Shown here: in pieces, positions 39,219 to 52,168 of the stretch
Numbering within the stretch: the stretch's first letter is position 1
Layout of the letters: the number at the start of each line of letters is the position of its first letter
Assembly (NCBI RefSeq): GCF_031769215.1
Contig: NW_026782254.1
Location: forward strand, 62,001 to 126,000
DNA length: 64,000 nt
Direction: 5' to 3'
Source of the DNA: Ylistrum balloti
Taxonomy: Eukaryota
Notes under the pieces: model-generated
Seen by the model: only the letters and a program-made list of their open reading frames with translations
Told to the model about the DNA's origin: nothing
The model's database searches: none
Made by a program: the position numbers and the translations under genes

Positions 39219-40559
39219 TGTTATCTTGATAAATTGCCTCTTCTCGTGGACAAACCTTTTCAATTTTTAAAAGCAGATTGGTATTAGAGCCTTATTTGGT
39301 AAAGCTGTATCCGGAAGAAACGAGGATATTCTGTCGATTTAGAACATCCAATAATCTAAAATTCTGGAACAGGTCGATGGACAGGTGTGCCTCGAGAGAG
39401 TAGAATATGCCCTCTGTGTATGCTGTGTATAGGTGTACCATTACCATTATCTTTTCACAGATGTTAGAACGAATTGGTAAAAGAAATACGTCACAAATAC
39501 TTTCCTGAACATTATCACAAAATTTCTAGTATAACTAAGATGAAAGATATGTTTTCTATTTGTAATGTTACACTTATCAAGAAAGTTGTCAAATTCTTAT
39601 AATTAATTTTTTTTTCTTTTTTTTCATACAAATGCTGCAATCTGATTGGTCTAAAAAAATCATACCTCTATGAAAAAAAAATAAGCCACGCCCCCTCTTC
39701 GCAGGAACTATTTTTCCCCGGCAACATCAAAGGCTCACAGTAACCTTTGATCTTCACCTTCAACTTCCGGTTTGTGTCAAACCAACTGTACTTAAAATTG
39801 TTTTAAAATGAACCAAAATATACACTGTGCTACTGAAAAAACCCAATAAAAACATTAAAGGAAATAATAATAATAATAAACAAAAAGCGACCGTCACTCG
39901 GAGTATTGGCTTACAATCAACTGTAACAAGTGAACCACGTGTGTCAGGATTAAACCATACGTTGAATCCAACACAGCTTGCTTCTTCCAACAACTTTATG
40001 TCCTCTGGACTTCTTTCTCACTCTTCCTTTTCAAACTGCGTGTTTAACTTCGGCCAAAAACAGTTTTAGGAAAAACAATTAACTTTTCCACCCAGCATTC
40101 CTCGCTTGGGTGTGCTATGAAAGATGGCCGACGTCTTCCCGCTGATCCGATCAGCTGAAACGCGCGCGCTCATTTGCATATCGTTCAGTTCATGGTAATT
40201 GCGCATATATAAAGTGCCACTATTAAATTCGTTAAAAATAACTTCCTTTTATGTTTTATTTTAAACTCGGTGGATTTAAAATTAATTATAAGCGTTGAGG
40301 TCATTTTTTTAGTTTCCTAGGGGTATGAAAAAGAATTGTTTGCAAACTGTATGAATCCGCGTGACATCAATGCTTAAATAAAATCTAGAAAAAACGAACT
40401 TACAGTTGGTGTTACATGCAACACTCGTCCCCTGCCATTAATTGAATTTTCTAAGCAACATAGATCTTGATAGCCATGAACAAATATCTCATTTTATCAA
40501 TTGAAAGTCTTCCCTCCTAAAACCAGTGTCTTGACAGGAAGGACGCACAAACAAGAAAA

Positions 40560-41485
40560 TAACGCGAAAAAAAACTTAATATGCACTCCCTTGTAATTAA
40601 TACTATGTGAAGTTTTAATTAAGTTCATCATCCCTAATTCAATTATATCTGGAAAAGAAACCAAAACACTGAAATATGAGAAAGGACCCGGCTTTGTGTC
40701 TGCCTTTTTAAGGTAAATTTAACCATAACAGTTACATTGTAACACAATACACATGAAAAGATGTAAAACGTCACATTGACCTTTTGACACAGTGACCTTG
40801 AAAGTTGGTCAGTTGACTACCGGTGTTATTCTGACAAACTTTGCTTCCCACATCTTTGATGCAGGGCCCCAAAAATAGCGATAAATATCTATTTTAATAA
40901 GTAATCTTCACAGCCTCCACAGTTGACCTTTTCATTCCCAACCCCATCCCACCCGTATGTTCTCTAATAATATTAGATTGCGTCAAGTTTCAATACAATT
41001 GGTTTACCCTATCACAAGTTATTAACTGGAAGCCAAAATATGACGATAAAAGACTATTTTTAGTAACAGCGACTTCGTAGTTGATTGACTCTTTGACCCC
41101 AAACTCAATCCAACTCTATATTACCTCAGAAGCCAACGTTGTATGAAGTTTAAAGCCAGTCCATCGATCCTCTGTGAAATTTTCATCTGGAAACCGAAAA
41201 ACGAAAAAGTTTTTTTTTAGAAACAGTGACCTTCGCAATTACCTTTCGATCCCAAAATCAATTACACTCAGCATTTACTCGTAAGCTAGCATTGTATGAA
41301 GTTTCAAGCGTGCAGGTCTCCAGAACGCCGACGTTCGTCGATGAGACGATACCTGCACACAGGAGAATTCACGGAGAAGGAAAACCTGTCAATCAATCAA
41401 TTCAAGCAAAAACAAAAAAAAAAAAAAAAAAACAAGTTACCATCTGGAAACCAAAATGTGACGAAAAATATCTGTTTCTAGCAAC
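40560..41485. mobile_element. Degenerate HINE-like element with long (about 150-200 bp) diverged internal repeats
   Basis: Recurring blocks tgtatgaagttt, (t)ctggaaacc(a/g)aaa and tgacctt(g/t)(ga/t)cc at semi-regular spacing. Confidence 0.4.
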
Positions 41486-41539
41486 CGGAGTCCTTTGTAG
41501 TTGACTTTTTCGACTTCAAACCCACTCTCTATTACCTCA

Positions 41540-41675
41540 NNNNNNNNNNNNNNNNNNNNNNNNNNNNNNNNNNNNNNNNNNNNNNNNNNNNNNNNNNNNN
41601 NNNNNNNNNNNNNNNNNNNNNNNNNNNNNNNNNNNNNNNNNNNNNNNNNNNNNNNNNNNNNNNNNNNNNNNNNNN
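41540..41675. other. Assembly gap (136 N)
   Basis: Run of N. Confidence 1.
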
Positions 41676-42124
41676 CATATCGTGGTTTATTGGGGTCCGG
41701 AATGAGTTTACACACCAACACTCCGAGGTCCTGACTGCGGCCTGAGGTAAAAAAACGGACCTCGTAGCGTATCATTAATATTAAGATATCATTCAAACGC
41801 GGCGTATCGAAGATGAAGAGAACACACACTTTTCTATTTGACCAATCAGAATTGTTGGATAAGACCTCAGAATGAAGGACACTTCTGAGAATTTCACACC
41901 GACATATGAGGGGACCTCTGATACATATACCCGGTATTATGTAACAGTAAGCTTTCATAAAAGTTTAGTAGAGCACTGAACCAAACAAGACAATATAAAA
42001 CGTTGTTTATATGGATTGCACGATTTTATAATTTGTCTTTTCTGCAGGTACAATCACATATTTGATTATATATATGTGTGTGTCCATTGTTAGTGCTGTA
42101 CTGTCTATATATGCCCGGTGTAAG

Positions 42125-42930
42125 TGTGACGAAAAATATCTGTTTCTAGCAACATGATTGCAATTGATGGTGTATATCACTTAAAGTGCTTGACATCATA
42201 TTATAACAAACAGAGATCTCAAAGTCATTCGACGGAGAAGTGTCAACAAATTAGTGCACACTCACTTGCATTTGCGGAGGTGGTGACATAAATTGAGGAA
42301 TTTGGACAATTATGTGGAGACCGGTTTCAAATTCTCAAACTCTGATCTCAAGGCATTGTATAATGAAAGCCTAAAAAGATTAGGCGGTGTCACAACTGGA
42401 AACATTCATTCAACCAGACGTACGCAAAAGCTTCTGCGCCATATGCCAGATATTGAAGCCCATAATAGCAACTTTGGCACTGTATTGTCATTCAAAGACG
42501 ATATTTGTGATGCCTTGCTCGATGCCTGCCGTCCTGATCCAGATGATGAAGCTGTTATGCTGATGAGAGTAGCACAGCTTGTTCGAAAAGAAGTACTTGA
42601 GAAAAAATACCAATTCAGTTGTTCCTTATGCGACGAACAGTACGATGATCTCCCAGTGTCCCTTTCTGCATTGGTGGAGCTGATTCTACGAGGCCCAAAT
42701 GCAGGACAACATATGGATGACAATGAAATAAGCACAGCTGCCTCGTCCATTACCCAGTTGTTAGTCTTCAATGCGGTCAAACGTGGTAGAAAGGAGTCAG
42801 TTGCAGTGCGGTCAACTCTGACCCTGACACTGTTCTCCCACTCAACCACAACAAGACACGGCAACGATAACTCATTGACATTCTTCTCGAGAAAGGTTTA
42901 TCCCTTGCTTTCTAAGTCTATTCACAGTAT
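42125..42930 (+). pseudogene. Disrupted ORF of an uncharacterised marine-invertebrate multicopy (probably transposon-related) protein family
   Basis: MIAIDGVYHLKCLTSYYNK...SLAFAEVVT*IEE...IHSTRRTQKLL...DDEAVMLMRVAQLVRKE...PVSLSALVELILRGP...ITQLLVFN, then after a frameshift KTRQR*LIDILLEKGLS. The motif series resembles a family I recall from cnidarian, bivalve and echinoderm genomes; not verified by search. Confidence 0.5.
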
Positions 42931-43449
42931 ATTTTAATTACTGTGTCAGAGCAGGATAAATTGGAAACTGACAAATCCCAACTTGAGGATGATGATGTAA
43001 GTGATGTTAGTGTTCTTGATGAAGAGACAGTATAGAGAGATATGAAAAGTCTGATGTTGTACAAGAAAGTCATGAAATCTGAAACCTCCAAAACAAGGAA
43101 AAAGAAATAAATTGGATGGGGTATATGACAAGTATCAGTTTTGTGGTGTTTGTAATATCAGAGTTTGCAACTTTGCACAACATACAGAAAGAAATCAACA
43201 AAAAACATGAAGGTAACTTGTATGTAAAAGAGATACAGAAAGAAAAAGACCCAAAAAGGAAAAACAGACTCCATACGTAGCTCAGAGGCGGGTTTAATCA
43301 TGAATTTAACGTGACATCAATAAAAAGAGGAGACATTATCTTTGAAAGAAAGCCATCATCTTTTTTTCAGTTGACAAAGTCTCATGGTGACCTAATCTAA
43401 TGCCCTTCATCCGGCAAGCAATTGAACACTTTCTACCTCTCAGAAAACC

Positions 43450-43935
43450 CCTGATCCAATTTCAATCCAATTTTGCAGAAACCTTTCCTGGCCCAAGATG
43501 AACCAAAATTGTGAGTTATACAGTCCTCATCCCTAGGACCTAAGGGGCCAAAAGGGGTCAAGTTGACTCGGATTTCAAAAATCTTCTTCTCAAGACCCAG
43601 TTATGGTAGAATAAAACACTCTTCATGAATTGAAGCATCTTAAGGTGCTTTAGTTACCAAAATGAGTCTCACATATCTTTCTGAGGAGGAATTTTTTAAG
43701 ACTTTACTCTAATTTTCATAGAAAAATAGTATTTTTGAACATAACGTTGATTATTTCCAACTGGAAATAACTTTATAAGAATTATTAGTATAGGATGACA
43801 TGAATCCTTGAATTGACACTGTCTATATTCAGTGTCAGAATTTCTGTTTCATGACACTTGATAACTATCCTTTAACCTTTATGTCCAATATTACTTATCT
43901 CAGGTGACCGTTAAGGCCTCTAGGCCTCTTGTTTC
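43450..43935 (+). mobile_element. Helentron/HINE 3' part with a satellite-like core unit and terminal hairpin
   Basis: Core with ccaatttcaatccaa and aaaaatcttcttctcaaga; ends with ctcaggtgaccgttaaggcctctaggcctcttgttt (subterminal motif plus near-palindrome), typical of oyster HINE ends as I recall them. Confidence 0.55.
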
Positions 43936-45769
43936 ACTATATTCATCAACCTGTAACATCTTATCTCATAAACCATTTGTCTGTTGCTATGAAACTTGGC
44001 ATAAATGGATCAGTAACATTGAGATTGGATTTGAAAAATCTGCTTCTATCATTTTTTTTTATTTTATATATATACATATTTTTTTGCCTTGTTTTGCAGC
44101 CGAAAAAAAGGTTGTTTCCCCTAGCCAAAATGGGGGACTTTTGTCCCAAAATGAAGCAAAATCCAAGAACATTTTTCAATTTATTCATAAATCAAGGTAG
44201 AAAAAACACCATGTTTTGTATACATGTATATAAGAATGATGTAAGAACTTAAATGAAGAATAGCCAACAATTTTAAGGTCAAAGGTTAAAGTTGGGGGCA
44301 GAGAAATTTTAAGGTTAAATAAAGATCAAGAAACACAGAGAAGTCGAAAGACTAGAATACTATATTTTCAGGATTGAATTTCAAAAGTATGGACAAAAAA
44401 TATCATTTAGGATGAAAATTCGCAATGGTGAGCAATGTTCGCCAGCTTTTCACCTCCTAGGTATGGTCTGGAATCCCTTTTGTTGCAGGGATATTTCTCA
44501 GTCAAGTGTTACAAAATTACTAATTTTAAATTAGAAATTTTGATCGCTGACATATCATCTGCCAACAGTGTTTACACATAAGCAGGGTTTGTACAGAAAA
44601 TACCTTGAATTGAGAAATTATCCTGAAACTCCTTGAAAATCCTGGTACGTCTTGAAAACATTGATTTAGCTGAGTAATTTTAATACTGTATTTGTGTAAG
44701 GTAACAAAAATTAAATTGCCAATATAAAAAGAAGTCAGAATGAGTCACCTTACTTATTCAAATGCTCTGTTGTTGTTTCAGGTCTTGAACCCAAAACCAA
44801 ATGAAATGGAATGGGTTATCAACCATATTGACCACTCACATGACATTCATAAAATACATTAAAGGTAACTTGAAATATAGAATAAGATGCTCACACATCC
44901 AATATACCAAGACTGTGATCCATTTAAACATTGTCCATTTCGTTTTTGAAATCTCACAATTATGCAGAGTAGTAGTGGAAATATTACACTTAGGGTTTCC
45001 AATGGAAAATTTTGGTTCCGGTATACAAAATGATTTAGTTGGAGGTGATCTGGTCAAATTAAGTGACACAGGTTTTCATTCTATTTTGTTCTACTACTTC
45101 TTCATGATTTATACCTCTTTTGTAGATTTTACTTATGTGATAAAAATAAGATCTTTTAAATTTTTCGATAAAATGCATAGTTTATAGAAAATGTGACATA
45201 CTTTGATTATGTGTGGAGCATTTAATGAAAAGAGTACATAAAACCCTTAAATAGGAAATGCATTACTGTTTATACAATCAACAACACTGAACTCCGTATA
45301 TGAAAATTCTGTTTTATAACCCGTCCAGCAGATGGTATATAAATATTCTATTGTATGTTTAGATCATCATCACAGCTCAATTTCTCCTTCCGACATTGAA
45401 ATAGCACCAGACTAGATAACGTCATTACCCTAGCATTGGATTATATGATCAACTAAATGTTTTCTGTTCATTTTAGATACTAGATATGTTTGGCATTACA
45501 ATCAGATGGCGTAGTATATTTCTGCGGTCAAATTTAAATGTTACAGCCCCTATCAAGTTCAAGCTTGTGGACTACATTCAGAGAGATAACAAACACATGG
45601 AAAGAGATATCAATCTTTCTTGGTAAAAGCGGTTCCGCTTCTCATTAATGCTTAATATTATTAATAAGTTTGATTTATTTGACATTTGGTTGAAAAAAAT
45701 ACCGTCATTGTGACATAATCATATTCAATAAAACTAGGACAAACTTTTGACAATAGCAGATATTGATAC

Positions 45770-46260
45770 GGAGACTCAGTACAAGAAGAATACGACTAAG
45801 CGTTCCGGAAGAGTAAGCGTCTCCAGCTTCATCAACGACATCCGCGATGTGTATCTTGGTCAATCCAACTAAGTAATACCAAGTTCTCATGTAAACAACG
45901 GAACGAACAGGCAAATAATGAGCATCAAACACGTCCAGCTTCATATCACACAAAACATTGAAATGTTTCTCAATGAGATCACAATAGTGACCATAAAACT
46001 TCTACTTAACTTGGCTATACCTGTATCTTTTGAAACTGCGAGAGTGCGCGTCCCTTGATGAGTTTTTGCTAGAAAAGCGAGAGAGAGAGGAAGCTGGCCC
46101 TTATATATGTTTTTTCTAACTGCTACATGTAAACAACATAAGTTAGGGATGCAGGGATGATGCTGACTTCTAATTTAGGTGGGTATATACAACGGACATA
46201 TTCACTAATATTTCGACTTTTTAAAGTAACGACATCATTAACATATGTTTGAAAATGAAA
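45770..46260 (-). mobile_element. Degraded Penelope-like retroelement fragment
   Basis: Minus strand reads FQTYVNDVVTLKSRNISEYVRCIYPPKLEV (decayed RYIDD...IYP.ELE RT motif) and KFYGHYCDLIEKH, followed by the acgcttactcttcc 3' motif. Confidence 0.6.
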
Positions 46261-46395
46261 AAAAAGTATTGTGCAAGGTCTTTGTTCCCAGTTTTGATAA
46301 GCTCTTGTGAAGGAGAAGTGCACTTATAGTAGTTGTTTTTCAGATTTAAAAAAATGTTATCATTTGAATCATATAAAAATAAATGAGACAGTACA

Positions 46396-46910
46396 GGCCA
46401 GGACAGTAGTTCTGTAACACCGCTACAGTCTAGTCTCCGGGACAGTAGATCTGTTACATTGTTTCAGTCTCCGGGACAGTAGATCTGTTACATTGTTCCA
46501 GTCTCCAGGACAGTAGATCTGTTACATTGTTCCAGTCTCCAGGGCAGTAGATCTGTTACATAGTTCCAGTCTCCAGGACAGTAAATCTGTTAGACCGCTC
46601 TAGTCTCCAGGTCAGTAGATCTGTTACATTGTTCCAGTCTCCAGGGCAGTAGATCTGTTACATTGTTCCAGTCTCCAGGACAGTAGATCTGTTACACCGC
46701 TCCAGTCTCCAAGACAGTAAATCTGTTACATTGTTCCAGTCTCCAGGACAGTAGATCTGTTACACCGCTCCAGTCTCCAGGACAGTAGTTCTGTTACATT
46801 GTTCCAGTCTCCAGGACAGTAGATCTGTTACATTGTTCCAGTCTCCAGGACAGTAAATCTATTACATCGGTCTAATCTCAAGGAGAGTAGCTCTGTAACA
46901 CCGCTTCAGT
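46396..46910. repeat. Second array of the 34-bp satellite (about 15 units)
   Basis: Same unit and orientation as 24384-25936. Confidence 0.95.
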
Positions 46911-47939
46911 CTTCAAGGAAATTTTCCTATAAAATCGCTGTACTGTAGTCTCGGGAACAGTTGTTCGGTAACATCGTTCAATTTTTTAAAACTCCAATCC
47001 ACTATAGTTGTCTTGTTCGTCTTGTTGTCCTCAATAGTCCAGTCACTTAAGGTGAAATATAGGGTCAACCTGGAACTCATTGCAACAAAAACGGGGACAA
47101 CAGTTTTGAGTTCCTTAATACTTCCCTCATGCACATGACAAAATCTAGAAAAATATTAGGGGAAATGAGTATTTTTTGTCTTTTCATAACCACGTGTTCG
47201 TGTTTTTTTACAGCCAACATAGCAACGGAAACGCCGAGGCTCGTGTACATACGGAAAAGACGATATATAAAGGTCACTTTTCACCAAGAGTTCAAAAGTA
47301 TCAACAGCAATATGTTATTTGGTGTATTTAATTGTATTTAAACAGATAATATGCAGTTTTATGATTTATTTCCGATTATTTTGTTTTACCCCACCCACCC
47401 AAACTTTGATCAGTTCTGATACACCGTTAACAGTCAGCCATGAAATAATCATATCACGTGTAATCATTCTAAACGAAATACTGAAACAAAACTAATAGAT
47501 GTATGGCTTCATACGAGTTTACAATATACAATGCATTATTCACGTGTTTACCCACCCACTTTATTTGAATAGGTCTACAAAATAGCATACGAATTACACA
47601 GTATTCATCCAAACATTAAAAGTTCTTCTGCAGTGGTATAAAGACAATATCTACAGCACATACTATTTACCACAGAGACATTTTGCTAAGCAAATTCTCA
47701 TCACAATATATCACTTACGTCTTCTTCTACAATATTTGACACATTCGTACAACTAAGACCCCTACACTCAACACCCAGCTGTGCATTCTAACCCATGTTA
47801 TCTGCAGGTACATCTACGAGTATCACAACTGGAGCTGCAGTTATATTGTATAATTTTCAGAAGATTTTCAGGGTCTGGAGGTTTATCCGTTTTCATGGGA
47901 ATGAACCTAGCATCGATCACCGCCCAGCCCAGTCAATTG

Positions 47940-48125
47940 GTTCAACATCTAAGGTTATATCGCAGCGGTCAGTGCACCTACCTGTGATTTCCTGGCTTAC
48001 TCATAGCAGTACTTACACACCTTCTTTCGAAGCCCCTGGCTACTTCCTCACAGGGGTGAGAGGTGAAATTTCACCGGAAAGAAGTTGCCCTGCCGGGATT
48101 CGAACCTACGGCCCCCACGACCGTC
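47940..48125 (-). mobile_element. tRNA-derived SINE-like fragment
   Basis: Pol III B-box GGTTCGAATCCC on the minus strand at about 48090-48105, then a body ending caggtaggtgcactgaccgctgcgatataacc...tgttgaa, similar to mollusc SINE 3' regions. No clear A-box or cloverleaf. Confidence 0.45.
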
Positions 48126-50468
48126 TGCATCCTTCATGCATTTATACCAGTTGGATTTCCTTATCTCCCTCGGTGTACCTTGTCGTTTTCCAGACCACAT
48201 GCCTCTGTACAACGGGTTTTGTCTGAGTAGACACACTCGCCACTGCTTTTAAAACCTTAGGAGCTCGATGGAGATTAGTAGACCTCTCTACCTTTTGGAG
48301 CTTCTTTGGGATACAATTCCCGTTTAAGGGTGAACACCTTATCTGGCCGTGTAGGCTTTATCACAGTAGGATCGGGAATGGCCTCTTCATCAGGTTCCAC
48401 GCCAGCAGAATCATTATTGTCTTCTCCATTGTCAGAGTCCGACACACCACCTAGGATGCTAGCAAGATCGCCAGGGTCATTGTCTTTCCACGACTTTTCA
48501 TCCTTTCTTTCAGTCGACAGGGTGCCTCCTTCGTGTGGGAGTCCTGGCTGTACCGTATGTTCTGCACTGTGCCATCTCCTTGTGTGCTGGAGAAGATTGC
48601 TTGTTGAGGTGGTAGCAAAGGAGCATTCTTCACATACGAAGGATTTCTTCTCAATTTCCCTCAAACCACACCTGACAATTTGCTCCTTCATCCTTTCAAT
48701 ATCCACACAAGTGAATGTACACATGGGAGATCGCTGTTCCTTCCTTGGAGTGGTCTTTGTCTTCACCATCTCAGATTTCGGGGGGATGTTGAGAGTATTG
48801 GCAACAGCCACACGATAATACCCTATATTCCCCATACTTAGCAACTCAACCTCCTGCTGTCCAATTGTAAGTTTCTGTTTTGTAACATCGACAACACACG
48901 TTTCATCTTTCATAAAATCCAACCCAAGAACTCCATCAACTGATAGCTTGGCTACCACCAGTCCCTTCATCTACAAGGGGTTATCAAGTAATAATGGTAA
49001 AACTGCATGGCCACTTACTGCCAGTGATTCTCCGTTCGCTGACAAGATGTCGCGGGACACTTTCGTCAAGTGGTGCTGGTACCCTTCCCTACTGCATATT
49101 GCTTTGAACACATAGTCAGATACGAGCGACACAGTCGCTCCCGTGTCCACTGGAAATTTTCATTTTACCCCCTGAATCTCCACATTGACATAGATTCCTG
49201 GCTCTCCAGCTTGTCTATTCACACCAACTTGTTCTTTTTTTGTCGCGGAGTTTGCTTTTCCTTTTTTATTACCTTGCTGGTTATCCTTTCTCTCTTCTGG
49301 GCAATTCCTCTGAAAAAGACCCTTTTCACCACAGTTCAAACATTTACCGCCGGTACCTCTGTTGCGGAATTTAGATGTCGGCCGCCAATTGCGGTGTCTA
49401 GACTCCAAGTCCGCTACTTGAGTTTTTAGACCGGCCAGGGATTCTTGTATCTCGGTCATAACTTCAGTCAACGCTTTTATTCCCTGGTCAATCTCTTCTG
49501 TGCTATAGGCCTTAAGAATCCTTGCGACTCCCTGTGCTTCTGGTCTGACTTAATGAAGGCCTCTAATTCAACGGCATGGCGTAAAACTTCATTGAGACTA
49601 GCTGGCCTGGCTTGTTTAATCCGCAATCTCATGTCCGAGTCTATCAAGGCGTCATTGAATTGCTCTTTTGCAAACACCTGTATGACATCAGACGGTGCAG
49701 TCGGGTACGCTTGATTTGCTAACCTCCTTATGCTTTGCCCCAGCTCTGGTAGTGACTCGGTTGCCTTTTGTCGCTTTTCTCTTAACTGAGCACGATAGAG
49801 TTCGGTCTGGTTGGGTGGAGCAAACCGTTCACTGAGACCACATACCAGGTCCTTATATTTCTTAAGTGGTCCACCTGGGAGGTTACCGAGTACTCCTTGT
49901 GCCTGGCCCCTGAGGGAAACTGCTAGGTCCAACCAGGAACCACTGCCGTCGTAGGTTGGATATTAAATGTTGGTGTACGCCTGGTCTTTGTGTAGTCTGT
50001 ATCCGGGCGCTTGCTGCGAAGTTGGGATGTCCTGTCATCATACTGATAGTTCGGTCGAGCCAGTTGTTCACTAGATACAGATTCATGTCTGTAGTAATCA
50101 GACAGGGACCTGGTTGCTCCTGCAACAACCTATCACCAGTATTTTTTCTGTATCTCTCCTTGTCTGGTGTCTGCGGGGTAAACTGTACAAACTTAGTACG
50201 TAGGTCAGCATCCTTCGAAGTCTGCCCCAAACCAGCACCAGAATCAGCATCGGAACTGCACAAAGTCGCTATTCCGGAATCAGCTGTGTTCTCCTCGTCT
50301 AAGGTCACTATGCTAGTATACCTCAGAGTCGAGTGCCTGGCTGGACCATCTCCTGGTCTCTGCCCTACACCATAGGACGCGATGCGGGCCTCCAGCTCCT
50401 CAATGGTCTTGTTTATATCATCCATTGCAAATCAATACATACAACAAATACAGCTACATTCAACTATG

Positions 50469-50486
50469 ATTCCACCGCTGCCACCA
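50469..50486 (-). promoter_or_regulatory. Primer-binding site, tRNA-Leu type
   Basis: Minus strand TGGTGGCAGCGGTGGAAT, 6 nt inside the LTR end; complementary to the 3' end of eukaryotic tRNA-Leu (…CCACCGCTGCCA-CCA). Confidence 0.8.
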
Positions 50487-50492
50487 TTAAAA

Positions 50493-51088
50493 TGTAACGT
50501 GCACCCTTATGGTAGCCGGGCTCTCAATTTATTCGGAGCTACCTGCTCCAGAGGCGATCGGGATCCCTCGGCTACCTGGCCGAACAGTTGAGCAAAATAG
50601 CACAAACTAACAAACAATATGTAAATCTACACTACAATAGCATGGACAGTACCCCTGTCCTCCCTACACCGTCGCCTGGACGTAGATCACACCACAAGGC
50701 TACAACACGCCGCAACACTCAACAGTATGCCAGCACCACGACATGGTCACTACAGGCACGTCCTCGATCGCTGAGCTGACCACCGTACAGCTCCGACGCC
50801 GCCTGCCAGTGTCCTGCTGTTACCAAGTACGGTGTCCATTCTTGTATCAGCAATCAGGCGTACCAGAGCAGCCTTTGCAGGCGACCCCTTATCCAAGAGC
50901 TTCTGGCGTACCTGACCCGTCAACTTACTGGCACTAACCATACGTACATTAACTGTTACCAAAGTAGCCTTATTCAGGCGACCCCTTATGCAAGAGCTTC
51001 TGATAGCAGTATGTATCGTGTTGTGTGTCAGAACTTCCCGTTTTCAGTACTGGTTTCAGTTAGCCTTTATATAAAATTTGGTGTAACA
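50493..51088 (-). repeat. 5' LTR (596 bp)
   Basis: Minus strand begins TGTTACA and ends GTTACA (TG…CA, imperfect terminal inverted repeat), adjacent to the PBS; contains an internal duplication of about 36 bp (caggcgaccccttat.caagagcttctg). Confidence 0.75.
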
Positions 51089-52168
51089 TTTTGGGTGTCC
51101 CATTATTTTGCACATTAAAGCGCCAAAAAATATCTCATAACCCAAAAGACATACATTTATTCACTTATAAAGTATGAAAACATATATAAAACACTAGTTT
51201 CATTTACACATTAGTCAATCATCGTTAATTACATTAATTAGGTAGATTACATAAAGGGAGATAACTCTAACTGAATAAAATCATCACAGATTCCCGGATG
51301 TTCTGCTTCGGCGCCATTAAAATGACAGTCAACTAAATCCTGACTCTCCTTGTTTTGTAGGTAAGTACTAGAGAATGTTGTTTGATTGTGATTGCATGTG
51401 ACGAAATGGTGTGGTAAGTAACCAGAATCATAATTGCTAAGGGTAAGTGTTCAGGAAATCTATCATTTGAGTAATTTAACGCATAATTGAAGCGAGGTGT
51501 TTGATCGCCTGACCACATGGTTCGCACCATGTATGCGGGTTAGTCAATCTTAACGATAGTTGTCAGGAGTTGTTGGAATTTCATTGTAGCATGTTCGTAT
51601 ATTCCCCATTTCCATTGTAATGATACATATTAACATAGTGTTGCATGGTTGCACAGTAGTTATACTCTGATGCAGTTTGATTAACAGATTGGTGTATTGT
51701 ATGTTGACGGAGCCTCAACTTTTGTTATTCGAGTTATCCCCCTTTATATGGATGGTACATGTCAGTTGGACATTATCAGGCCAATATATATGAATATTGT
51801 TACTGAACCAAGTTATGGGTCATTTTACCAAAGTTTTTAGAACTTTTATTGAAATGATGTGTATTGATTGATTGAATTGCTTGTCAGAGTAAGATTGATC
51901 TGTATGATAAGAAATAAAACCCAGAGAATACAATTTATCACCAATCCAATAACACATTTCTAGGTTATTACAATTAACATTGATGTTATTTAAGTTCATA
52001 TTTCTGTTCATGCTATGAATTAATGTTGAGGCATTTTATCTGATCTAATTTGTAGGATCATTATCAGTGATGAGTTAATATCGTAATGTTATGTAGTATG
52101 AAATATTGTGACAGTATCGGTCGAAACTTTTGTGTAGTGCCATGTATTGCTCTAGTCACTCTCTAGTA

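Larger units (their letters stand above)
48275..51088 (-). mobile_element. Defective Ty3/Gypsy LTR retrotransposon: 5' LTR, PBS, gag, zinc knuckle, protease, C2H2 ORF; no RT/RNaseH/integrase, no 3' LTR
   Basis: Gag LAVSLRGQAQGVL...ERFAPPNQTELYRAQLREKRQ; knuckle CLNCGEKGLFQRNC; protease FPVDTGATVSLV and VLGLDF; frameshifts and stops throughout. Confidence 0.92.

Noticed and set aside
41437-41958. ORFs spanning the N-run
   Set aside because: Artefacts of translating through an assembly gap.
48088-48125. tRNA gene
   Set aside because: Only a B-box/T-arm is present; no A-box or cloverleaf, so it is treated as SINE-like.
48306-50375. Plus-strand ORFs 48306..48818, 49070..49429 and 49956..50375
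   Set aside because: Antisense shadows of the Gypsy gag/protease ORFs.
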